Positions 26,067 to 36,912 of a stretch of 64,000 nucleotides of DNA are shown piece after piece; the stretch's first letter is position 1, and each line of letters opens with the position of its first letter. Position numbers and translations under genes: made by a program. Under the pieces are notes generated by a model. It made no database searches, was not told the origin of the DNA, and was given only the letters and a program-made list of their open reading frames with translations. The stretch spans positions 1-64,000 of the forward strand of contig JAMDHS010000055.1 of assembly GCA_029717555.1 (NCBI GenBank), given 5' to 3'. This stretch comes from Peribolospora baueri. Taxonomy: Eukaryota.

Positions 26067-26140
26067 GCTCAGGGCGGCCCCGTAGTCGTAGTCCTCGGCC
26101 TAACAGTGACCCGTCCGAATGCGCGAGATCGATGATCTCT

Positions 26141-29100
26141 TCATCCCTCCTCATCTGTCTCGCTCTCCGCGTCCTCAGCCTTGAACTTGCTAGTGGATGG
26201 AGGCGGAGCACCACGTGTTTGGGCGTCGCTCAATGGCGTGCCGGTCGTTGGCCGTTCTTCCACCTTGACCTTCTTCGGACTTTGCGTATCTCTGCTGGAT
26301 TCCAGCTCGGATTCAGGCTGAGGCTTGGACCAGGCTGGTACAGGGTCCCCGTCCTTGTCCCTCCAGTCCTTGGCTTGGCCCTCGGACGGGGACGCGGCTG
26401 CCGCGGCGCCGTCGGTTCCCTCTTCGTCCCACCCCTTGCCTAGTAGTTCGTCCAAATCGATCGTCTGCGGCTGCTCCTGCTCCCCCACCCTCCCACGCTT
26501 CTTGTTGAAAGGCGTCCTGCTTGGTACCTTCTTGATATCGAACGCCTGGATGGCCGCCTCGCGAAAGGGCTTGGATCGCTCTAGCACAGAAGCGGGCGGA
26601 TGGAAGTACTTGACAAGCTCTTCGTGTGGTTTGGGGATCGGCCCGGTCGGGTGGGCCGAGCGCCAGAAGATGCCCTCTTTTTGTCGGTGGATGTTGGGGT
26701 TGAGCGAGTCGCGCTTGTCGAACCAGGGTACGCGGTTGCTGTGACGACGGCAAGAAAAAACGGGAGCGGTTCAGCCTGGCCCGTCAAGCCGGGCGCGAGA
26801 AACCTCGCCGCGATTCTCTGAGGAAGCCAGGCCTCGTGCACGCACCCTTCGTCGTCACTCCCTCCCTCCTGCATCAGATCCATCGCATCGACAAACTCGT
26901 CCATCTTCTCTTGTTGCTCGGCGGTGGGCAGATTCCGATGCCCTGAGAGCTCCTTGCCACTCGTCGTGACCAGCCGGGTGAGGGAGGGAAAGTCGTACCT
27001 TCGGACGTCTTCTGCGAACGGCACCTACAAGACGAGATGAGCCGACCGATACGGTCGGGTGAGCAGACCGGACGTAATAGCAGTTGCGATAGGAGCCGAC
27101 TCACTTGGGCGAAGTAGAACATTTCTCTTTCCTCTTCCACGACCGGATAGAGCATCCCGATCTGCGTGCGTCGATTTTGAGGGACAGCGAAAAGGAGAAC
27201 GGGGGTTACTCAGGATTTCGCCTTGGGAGGCGAACGCGGCGAAAGGTGAAAGAAGACGTTCCGGGCTCACCTTTGGATCCGCTCCATCCTTGTACACGTA
27301 GCGCGCAAGAGCGATGGTATGGCGCCGGTGAAGAGCGCGTATGAGGCTGGACAGGACCACTTGAGCCTTGGAATTTCCCGGGTCGGCATGAACGTACGAG
27401 ACGTCGCCCATGAGCAGCGGTCTGTCGAACTTGCGCGACGCAAGATGACGAGCGCGGTGGGGATATCGACGTACAAGAGAAAACGCATCGTTGTGAGCCG
27501 AAGTGCCATTTGAACTTCGAAGCGACTAGCTCACCTTGGCCATATGAAAAAAGGCGACAATCTCCAGCCCCTTCCTGGTCTCCAATCCTGGCATGAGCTC
27601 CTCATCGACGGGCACGAGTGTGGCGCCGAGCTTATAAGCCTTCTCGAGCTTCTCGTTCATCTCGTCCACGATGTGCTCCTCCGCTTGCGGCTCTTGTGGC
27701 CGCTTCTTCGGTGAGCTGTCCGGAGAACTGCCAGTGCGCTGAGTCCAAGTTTGAGTCAAGGATGGACCGGCCGCGGTGCCGTCGAGCCAGTAATGCTCTA
27801 CTTTGCGGTTCACCACGCCCGTCAGGCGGTCTTGCTGCGACGAGGAGACGGCGCCTGCCTTCAATACGGGTTCCTCCTTCTCCACCTCGTTTTCGTAAGG
27901 CTCGTCATCACCATCTAGCGCTGCGGTCCCAGCCGCACGCAGGGCCTGACTATAGCTAATCTTTTCCCTCGCAGCCCTCCCACCGCGGCTGCTTAGGGCG
28001 CTAACCTTTTTTGCCTGTTCCGGCCGAGCGAGCATCGTGAGCTTGGCCATGGATACGTACGTCTCGAAGCTGGCCTCTGGGAATTTCTCCGGGTCGCCAA
28101 AGCAGAGGACGAGGTTGTTCTTCGCGCTGTGCACCTGTTTGACTTGCGGCAGACGCGCAATGGAGATCGCTTCGCTGAAGGTGGCGTACACGGAGGGAGG
28201 GTCTTCAGGCATTGCGCAAACAAATTGTCGGAAGAAATCCTCGTTTTGGCGCTGTAGGAAAGGCAACCAGGTCATGAGGTAAGCGCACAGCGCGTGCCGT
28301 GGATGTTGTTCGAAAGCCAGAAAAGCATTGTTGCTCACCTTCGTATTTGATTTGCCCTTCTCCTTGACTCCTAGCTCTTCGTCGTCAAAATCCACGCCTC
28401 TATCGACGAGAAGGAGGAAGAGGGCAAATAGACACTCAACGTGAATGTGAATGTCGATGCGGTCCCATAAAATCGTCTCCAGAAAGATGGACATACATGA
28501 TGCGAATGCCGATGTGATTCTCCGCGGCTTTGCCAGAGATGGATTCCCACTCGTCCATGATGAGCGGCGTCTCGCCGTCTGTCAAGAGGACGATACTCCT
28601 TTTCCAAGTCGTCTCGGTGATCTTTTTTGGTCCCAACTCGTTGCTAATGTGCGTTATAGCCACTACCAGGGCGTCGAGGGCTAGACAAAAGGGCGATTGA
28701 AAAAAGTGTCGGCAGCGAGTAGCGGCGCGCTAGCGACACTGCCCTTGAATGAGGCCGGCAGGTACGGTGAACAAGACTCACCGTCGCCTCCTTGCGCGCC
28801 GCCGTCTACCTGGCCTTTTTCGGTAGGCTTGACCGTTCTTAGCTTGTCCAGCGTGGTGATATCCGCTTGTTGAAACCCGGAGAGCTCGAAAATACCTTCG
28901 TACCCGCCTGAAGTCTTGTTCACGTCATTCTTCGTCTCTGTCACGAAGAAATCGGAGCCGTTGAATGAGCGGGTGCCAATCGCAGCACGCCAAAATATGA
29001 GAGCATCCATACAGCACGCACTCTTTGCACCGTAAAGAAGGATGTTGACCTTGTCGGTCTTGAGCCCCCGAAGGATCTACGGCGGAGATAAAAGTAGGTC

Positions 29101-29523
29101 GAGCGAGGTGGCAGTGGCAGGCCATCGCCACCAGATGCTCCCCGTGAACGACGTCGTCCTTCGGGCACGCACGTCCAATGAGGCACGCCCGCTCACCTTC
29201 TCCTGCATTTTGCGCTCCACATACTCTTTCATCCAATCCAGGTTAGTGATCTCCCGCTTCCCATCGACATGCTCGCCTGTGACCGGATCGATCATCAGGT
29301 CATCCACCGTCCTCGTCCTGGCCAGGGACGGTGAGACGTCGATGACATACGAAGTGAGCTCGTACTGCCGTCGCGTCGGATGGGATGGAAGAGGGAGAAC
29401 GAAGGGATGTGCGCGTTATGAGTGAGATGTCGCTGAGGACCATGTCCTGTGCACGCTTGCTGGTTACACGCCGTAGATGGGTATGATCGGATCACTGCTC
29501 ACCCCGCCTCGCTTCGAACCCAT
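26141..29523 (-). CDS. KU80: Ku80 NHEJ DNA end-binding subunit, apparently lacking its C-terminal domain
   Basis: MGSKRGG/YELTSYVIDVSPSL (vWA), GDA/LDALVVAI, IVLLTDGETP, KAYKLGATLVP, MGDVSYVHAD, IALARYVYKDGADPK, VPFAEDVRRYDFPSL, MDEFVDAMDLM, NPNIHRQKE. Stop after SETDEEG. Confidence 0.93.
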
Positions 29524-29945
29524 CTTGACGCTCGGCTTGGAGGAGCGGGCCGGGTCAGACGGACGCTGGACAGATCGCGACAGTGGCAGTCAAAGTCGCT
29601 ATCGGGACTGTGAAGGCAAGCGGACGCTGTCAATGGCCGAAGAGAGCCGGCTGCTTGCCCCCGCTCGTCGATCGATCCGGTAAATGACTGTCGCGCTCAT
29701 TTGCGCGCCTCCGATCGAGTTTGCTGCGGCGCACCACGTCCTGAGCTATCAACCCTTCAAACAATCAATCAATCAATCAATCAATCAAGCAGCTATATCG
29801 CCACTAAGGACTTGCCAACGTCCTGAACCAATCGAGTCCCGCCGATCCAGGGCTAGGCACACAGCTGGTTCGATAAACAAGATGTGCTCGAACGCATCAA
29901 GGAGCTTGCGAAGGAACATGCTGCTCAGACGGCCTCACAAGGGAC

Positions 29946-30116
29946 CAGCAGTGGAAGCTGGTGCTGCTTCTTTTTAGTTTTGTGGTCACCCTCTTTTGAG
30001 GGGGGGGTGTCACCTTGGCCGCGATTTCCCCTTTGACGGGGGGGTGTCACCCCCTCGATTTCCTCTTTGACGGGGGTGTCACCTTCGCCGCGATTTCCCC
30101 TTTGAAAGTCACCCTC
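29946..30116. mobile_element. Probable DNA-transposon end remnant with GTCACC-anchored subterminal tandem repeats
   Basis: Five GTCACC motifs, with units like GTCACC(N)CGATTTCCCCTTTGACGGGGGGT, preceded by CAGCAGTGG. No partner end or transposase seen. Confidence 0.4.
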
Positions 30117-31675
30117 GAGCACAGCAAAAACCCGGCCAAATGGAACAAATTTCCCGGCGGAGAAGATGAGCAACCCGTGCCACCAGAACTGGCCTTGAAG
30201 CAAAGAAAACCAAAATCCAACAATTGGTACATCATTATTGCTACGGTAGCGCCATCGGCCAACTCGAGCTCGCCCCGGGTGAGCCAGCCCTCGTCTCTGG
30301 CCCCCTTCGCAGGTGTCTGAGCGGGGCAAACGGGGGTTCGAGATCAGATGACTAAGCAGATGACTAGCACGTGGACAAGATGAGCGTAAGCAGAGAAAAA
30401 ATGTCGACGTCCCCTCAGTTGTGCCTCCCCAGCCAGACGCACGCCAGCGTCGCCGCCTCCGGTCAAGACGGTAGCGAGGGCGAGAGTGCAACTGAACCGC
30501 AGGATACTTGTGAGGGTCACCATCGCCGCCGACCTGTCATCGGAGCCAGCCATTTGAGCCACGGTGGAAAATAGTGGTGTAATCTACGGCATCACGGATC
30601 TATTATAACTATGTACAATGATTACAACTCATCCGGCGCTTTTCTGAGCCATCATCGATCGTGGACCTCTAGCACGTCGCTCGGAGCACCGAAACAAACC
30701 TTGTTGGTCACGTCGGTGTGCGGGCGTGCTGGCACAGACAGTCCTCTACGGGGCGTGCGTGGTCGCTCAGGAAAAAAGAAGGGCAAAAGGAAGAGCTGAG
30801 GGAGAGGGCGACAGAAAGGAAGGGTTGGTCGGAGTGGCTATGCGCACGTCGATAGCGAGCGCATTCGATGAACGTGTCGTGAGAGCGGCTCACGCTCACC
30901 GAAGCACTCAAGCTCAAACCTGCCGCCGCGCCGGCGACCTTGCCGATCGTCCCTCGAACCGAGCCGTCTGTCCAAGTCGCCAGAAGGGCGGCCTGGGAGG
31001 CGGCGAGCAGGGCGCCAAGGAAGAGCGCTAAGCCAGTCTAAGACGCGTTTCGTCGCCCTTTGGTTGCCAGGGTTAGCTCGGGAGTGGCGCACGATGAAGA
31101 GGCGGACGATGGATAGCGAGGCGGTGAGGAGGAAGAGGGCGTCGGGGAGGATTTGAAGAATGCTGTTCTCGAACCGGATCGTAAAGTCGAACCTACACGC
31201 CGAAGTGGGGCCAATGGCAACGTCGTTCTCGTGTCAGCCTGTCTCGCGTCCTTCGCCACCATCGACGATGTCTTGTGCTCGTTTGTAGGCCCTGGCCCTC
31301 TCTTTCCTCTCTTCTATTGTTCTCAGACGGTGAATGGTGACGACGCGGCTGACTGGACACCCACGATGGGCAGCTCACACATCCGACGGGTTCATCGACG
31401 GACTATATATAATATGGGCGGGCCATGGCTCCGTTATTGCAATTCAGACGACCAGTCAAGGTCGACCTCCCTTCGTCGTTTCCCGCTGTCGTCTCCTCGC
31501 TCACCACACAACACACCCTCACTCGACGCTTCTTCGGCGTACGTTTTAACGTCTTTTGTCCGAGCGCTTCGGCACCTCTCCACCCGAAATGGCGTCGCTC
31601 TGTAAAAGGTCCCCTTCCTGGTCACTCCATCCTTCCTTCTGTTCCTCCATCCACCCGCCAAAACCGACGCCGCTA

Positions 31676-32720
31676 ATGGTTGAGGAGAAAAATGGCAAGG
31701 ACGAGAGCAGCGACGTGAGGCCTTTGTTCTCTATCTTCACGTCTTCAACGTCTCTCTGGCCTTCTTCCCTTTTTCACTGACGAAGCTTCTGTCGAATCTT
31801 GCCCCTCCCGGCGCCTTTTCATCGCCGTACTGCCCATTTTCTCGTCTATCTCATCATCCTTCCCTCCGTCTCCTATTCTGCTTCGAATTAGACTATAGCA
31901 AGAAAACTCAAGAGAAAGGCTTCCAACATCTTCGAAGCGCTTCGCGTAAGTCGCCTCTGCCCTTTTGCGCATTCCCGCTCCTTTCTTTAGCCCAAAGGCC
32001 TCGTCCTTTCTGTCGTATCGTTATTTCTGACCATGCATGCGTACCGCGCACTTCCTTCCTTCCCATCTTCTTTTTCTCCCGTACAGGATAATAAACTGAA
32101 GCGTCGTTTCCGTGGGGCACGGGACAAACCCACTTCCTCTAACGTGAACAAGCTCATCCTCACACTCGAGAGAGGTTTCAACATTGACTTAAGGTCGAGC
32201 TGGATGGTGTAAGCATATTTCGTTGTTGCGACCAGGACCCCTTTTGGATGCTAGTTTGAATGACAGCTCATTTGGCTTCGCTTTACGCAGATTTGTGATC
32301 GAGCTCGATGACGCCGCTGTCGCCGAGCGCATCGATCATGGGCCTTTCCCTGACCGTGCTGCTTTGAAGCAGCACATCATCAACTTGATAATGACCGACG
32401 CCGGCAAGGGCGTCCAACATCTTTTCGACTTGGCGTTCCTCACGGAGTCGGTTCGGGATATGCTACACATAGGGAAATCCCTCCACGTCTGCATGCCCGA
32501 GTGCCGCTGGCTAAGGACACATCGTGCTTCGCCAGGTAATTAACAACACCCGCTCCCACTCGGACCAATGTTGAATGCAATGCTAAATACCCTACTTTTT
32601 TTTTCTCTAACAGGATGTAATGCTGGTTGTCACACCAAGTTATTCACTTGGCACGGCATTCGTATGCTGGACGGCGGGCGGCCGATTATAGAGCGGTATT
32701 TGGAGGGTGACCACTGGTGA
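31676..32720 (+). CDS. Orphan 5-exon protein of about 190 aa with a C-terminal Cys/His cluster
   Basis: Exons at about 31676-31714, 31892-31945, 32087-32208, 32291-32535 and 32614-32720. All four GT-AG introns are phase-consistent and give a stop-free frame. Confidence 0.65.
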
Positions 32721-32846
32721 CCTCTGTGTCCTCCGTGCCTCTTCCCCTTCCCGTTAGTCAGCTGCTTTCCTGTGATTTGGACTATTGACTTGAGAGGATA
32801 ACGTTGTATGTAATTATCAGGAAGGAGCGTGGGCGCAATGGTAATA

Positions 32847-33212
32847 CACAGGGATCTGGGGCGCAGTCGGATCAAATCCCACGGTATGGCCACCGTCTGT
32901 GGCGAGATTGTATGTGAAATCACCTGTCTTTGAGTGCAAAAGAACGCGCCTGACTCGTTGTGATTGCGATAAGGGAGTGCACAGTTACGATAAGGGAGGA
33001 AGGAGCTTTCCTATCTAACTCCTTCTCCTCCTCCTCCTTGTTATCAGACGCGTTATCAGACGATTGTTCACTCCCTTATCGCAATCACAACGAGTCAGGA
33101 GCGTTCTTTTGCAGCAGAGGTTATTCTAAATAATATAAAATGATCGTTGGTTTTTTTTGAGTTCGGATCGTTTTCGTGGGAATTTGGCCCGACTGCGCCC
33201 CAGACCTCTATG
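32847..33212. mobile_element. MITE (Tc1/mariner-like) with imperfect ~37-bp TIRs and TA flanks
   Basis: Left arm CACAGGGATCTGGGGCGCAGTCGGATCAAATCCCACG; right arm reverse complement CATAGAGGTCTGGGGCGCAGTCGGGCCAAATTCCCACG; TA at 32845-32846 and 33213-33214. Confidence 0.75.
32935..33113. mobile_element. Inner foldback/MITE with 45-bp inverted repeats
   Basis: TGCAAAAGAACGCGCCTGACTCGTTGTGATTGCGATAAGGGAGTG matches the reverse complement of the right arm with one mismatch. Confidence 0.8.
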
Positions 33213-33778
33213 TACAAGTGCATGGATGATGGTTTTTCCTACTTCCTTTTCCGGTAGTAAGTGTTACCCCTCCCTCCGCGCCCCGCGCGCGCGCGTACGG
33301 TGCACCCTTCCCTTCCACCCAAATGTGGCGATTGGTCATGGTGGCTTCCGCACGACGCGTCTCTATGGCCGGTCCACTTCACTCTTACGTGCGAATCTCG
33401 ATCCCGTGGTCTGTGTCTTCGGGTTAAACAGTCACCCCTCGTACACCGGCAGATGGCTTCGCCGACGTTCCGATCTCGACCGGCTCACAGGCCCCGGTTT
33501 TTCCAGTTATGTCGTCGTCATCTTCCCTTTGCCATTTCGGGGGTCAAAATATCCACCGGGTGGACTTCCCGGTGACTGAGCATTCCTGACGCGAGCGAGA
33601 CATATAACCACGATATATGAACGAGCGTCGTGCAGAGGCTCCATCCGCCTTCTCCTCGCGCCCCATTCTTGTCTCAGCGTTTCTCTCACCACTCTCATCA
33701 GTCGACTGAAGAAGTATCATGACTCTTGCCTTCAAGCGTTGGACCGATCCCTTGACGGTGACCTGGACACGAGACGAT

Positions 33779-36470
33779 ATGACCGCCTCTCGGTCGTGGC
33801 GGACCTTGCTCTCCTTGTCCGTGGCCGGACTCGCGCTCTATATCATCTCCATCCTCGTCTACCGTCTCGTCTTTGCTCCCTTCTTCTCACCCTGGAAGGA
33901 CCTCCCCACCGTCCGCCGCACTTCCTTCTGGTGGGGCAACCTCAGGGAGCTCACTGACCCTTTTGCACAAAAGGCATGGCTCGAGCAGGTGAGCGGCGCT
34001 GGTGTGCTCAGGTTTTGGGAGCCGTTCGGAAAGGAGAAGCTCTTGGTGAGTAGCAGTCCTTTCGAATGGCAAGGAAGGAAACGCTTTGTCCAGCGCACCT
34101 GCTGAGCCAAGGTGCCCGGAATGTTCGGCCCATGCCATCTTTCGATCCGCGCCCAGATCACCGATCCTCGCGCCGTCTATGCCATCTTCGGCCCTAGGTA
34201 CAATAACTATGTCCGAGTAAGTATGACCTTGTGACAACAGTGAATGAGGCCTGGTGTACGACGAAAGCGCACGGACTCCCCCTGGATTTCTGAGTAGCAT
34301 CTTATCCACCTGTGGGCCAATTTTAGCCGGCCGGCTTTCAGAGGTTGATAAAGGGATCCCTTGGGCCCGGGCTCGTCACCGTTTGGGGTGAATGGTCACA
34401 TACGCAGGCACTTTATCCCTTCCTCCCGCGTCTGAAAATTTTGTCCCTGTCCGATAACGTCCAGGGGATCAACACAGACGCCAACGTCGAATCTTGAACC
34501 CAGCATTCCAGGTGAAACACATCAAGGCGCTGGTCCCCGTCTTTTTTGAGGTACGTCTCCATCCAAAACCCAAGCTCGTTGTGACAGTTTGCTGAGCCTC
34601 CTTGGTGGTGGTGTGTCACTGTAGTACGCGAGCCAGCTTTGCGATCGCCTTGGGGAAGAAGTGGACGAGAAGACAGGTGAGGCAGTTGACTCGACCGTAG
34701 AGGTCGGGGAGCTACTGGTGCGCGCGACGCTGAACATGTGAGTAGAATTTGGATATGTGCTTCATATGATCGAGCCACCTCCATGTTCATTTTCATCGCC
34801 TCTTCCGTGCATTCTCGCTGCTCCTTGTTCCCTGATTCACAGCATTGGTATGGCTGGTTTCGGGTATCGCTTTGACGCGCTTTCCAAGGGCATATCGGGT
34901 GGCTCTCATCTAGCCCACGAAACCGGGCGGTCGATGCAGACTGCTGCCACAACCGATCGACTCGTCTTTGTCATCTCCACTTACATCATCAACTGCTTTT
35001 CCTGGCTCTTCTGGCTGCCGATTCCACGTTTTGTGGAAATGAGGAAGGCACGCAGGGCCATGGGCACCGCATCACAGGAGATTCTGGATGATAAGATCGA
35101 GGCGATCCTGAAGCTTCAAGGTGGAGAGGTTGGCAAGGAAAAGATCAGCCAGGATGTTTTCGATGGGCAGCTCGGTGGTGCGGCCAAGGGACGGGACATC
35201 GTTCAGAACCTACTCCGCGCCGTCATGGCGGAGGATATCAATGAAAAGGACAAGCTTCGGGAAAACGAGCTGATTGGCCAGATGATCACCTTTGTAAGCC
35301 ACTTGTCCTTTCCTGACCTCTGAAGCCTTGTCTGATCTCTGCTGTCACGCAGATGTTTGCGGGTCATGAGACAGTGTCTACACTGACGACGTGGGCATTG
35401 CACTTTGTGAGTACGACCTGGCAAACTTGAAAGGCGCTTGAATCCTCTCATTCCGTCTGTGTCACTTGCAGCTCTCCCTGGACATCGTTGCGCAAGACAA
35501 GTTGCGTGCCGAGATCCAGAGTGCCTATTCCACCGTGGAGGATGAGAGGGAGCTCACGTACGACGAGCTCGATGCTCTTCCCTACCTCGACAATGTCGTC
35601 CAAGAAGCACTCCGCATGGTGCCGCCAGTCTTTCAGTGAGCCGGCGGTCTCGTTCATCCCTTCCTCCTCGCTATCTGGGCGCCTTAACCACTTGACCACA
35701 TTGGCTCCTCACCAGACTCCTTCGCGAGTCCACCAAGGATGACACCATCCCAATCGGCGTACCGTTCCGCTCGCGCGACGGAAAGAGACTCATCGACTCC
35801 GTCTTTGTACCCAAGGGCACGATCATCACTTTCTCCATCCTAGCCGCGCACCGTAGCAAGGCCATCTGGGGAGACGACGCGGACGTGTTTCGGTGAGATG
35901 CCGGAGCTGAAATCACCTGTTCTTTCTCCCCTTTGCTCAACCTTGCTCGTTTCGTCCCTTCTCGCCGCACACCTCAGCCCTGAGAGGTGGGACAACCTCC
36001 CGGAGACCCACGCACAAGCTCAGTTCCCAAGCGGAAGCCCGCTGTTCGCGTTCTCCTCCGGCCCGAAAACATGGTGAGGCGGCAGCGCTAATGCCCAGCG
36101 CTAATAAACCGACCGACTCTTCGTCCCTTGTCTCCTCTTGACACTATTTTGTCCGTTCCGATGCTTTTTGTTTTCAGCATCGGGAACAGATTCGCTCTTT
36201 GCGAGGCCAAAGTTCTTTGTGAGCTTTTCGGTTTATTTTTTCCGGGCCGAGTTTCGGCACGTCCTGTAATATCGCTGACATCCTTGTGACGGGGCTCTTC
36301 GTGTTTCGGGTGGCACCGCAGTGGTCTCCCTTCTCCGTCGCTTCCGATTCGAATCGCCCTCCGGGCAAATCGTGGTTCCGCGTCAGGCCCTTACCATTCG
36401 GCCGATGGTGGTGGGGAAGGAGGATGAGGGTGTGGCGATGCCCCTCATCGTAAAGAGGATGGGGGCGTGA
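33779..36470 (+). CDS. Cytochrome P450
   Basis: N-terminal TM anchor, I-helix MFAGHETVST, K-helix EALR, PERW, and heme motif FSSGPKTC/IG with the Cys codon split by an intron; many introns. Confidence 0.95.
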
Positions 36471-36912
36471 TTGATCGGCGAGCACCAGCTCCATTCCGGA
36501 GGATGTCAATCAGAACGAAGACTTCATTCTCTGTGTCAAAAATGGGCGCGGCCCGCCCGTACACCAGATAGGCGAACGTCTTTATCTTCTAACCTTCGTA
36601 CCTTGTCAACGCCTCCAATCTGGCGAGAAGGGAAGGAGAGAGCAGAGCACTGACACAGCTGTGTGCGAGCAACGAGCAGCCCCTAAAATCCTTTTATTAG
36701 GAGGACTCAACGAAAGCGTTCGTCGTAGATCTGCATCATGACAGCGGAACAAGTCTTAAGACCTCGATCGAGCAAATGTCCTTAAAATATACGTTGTTAC
36801 CATGCCGCAGTACATCCGTGCTGCGGCGAGTCTGGAGCATCATCGACCCGTATCCGCGGTCCGTGACTCCTCCCAGCGTCCAAGTGTCTGTCTAGAGGAA
36901 AGATTCCTATAA

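Noticed and set aside
29985..30116. CRISPR-like appearance of spaced repeats
   Set aside because: Eukaryotic context, no unique spacers (the intervening sequences are themselves repeats) and no cas genes.
32220..32530. Protein-like minus-strand reading with stops
   Set aside because: Shadow of the plus-strand orphan exon, which has proper splice sites.
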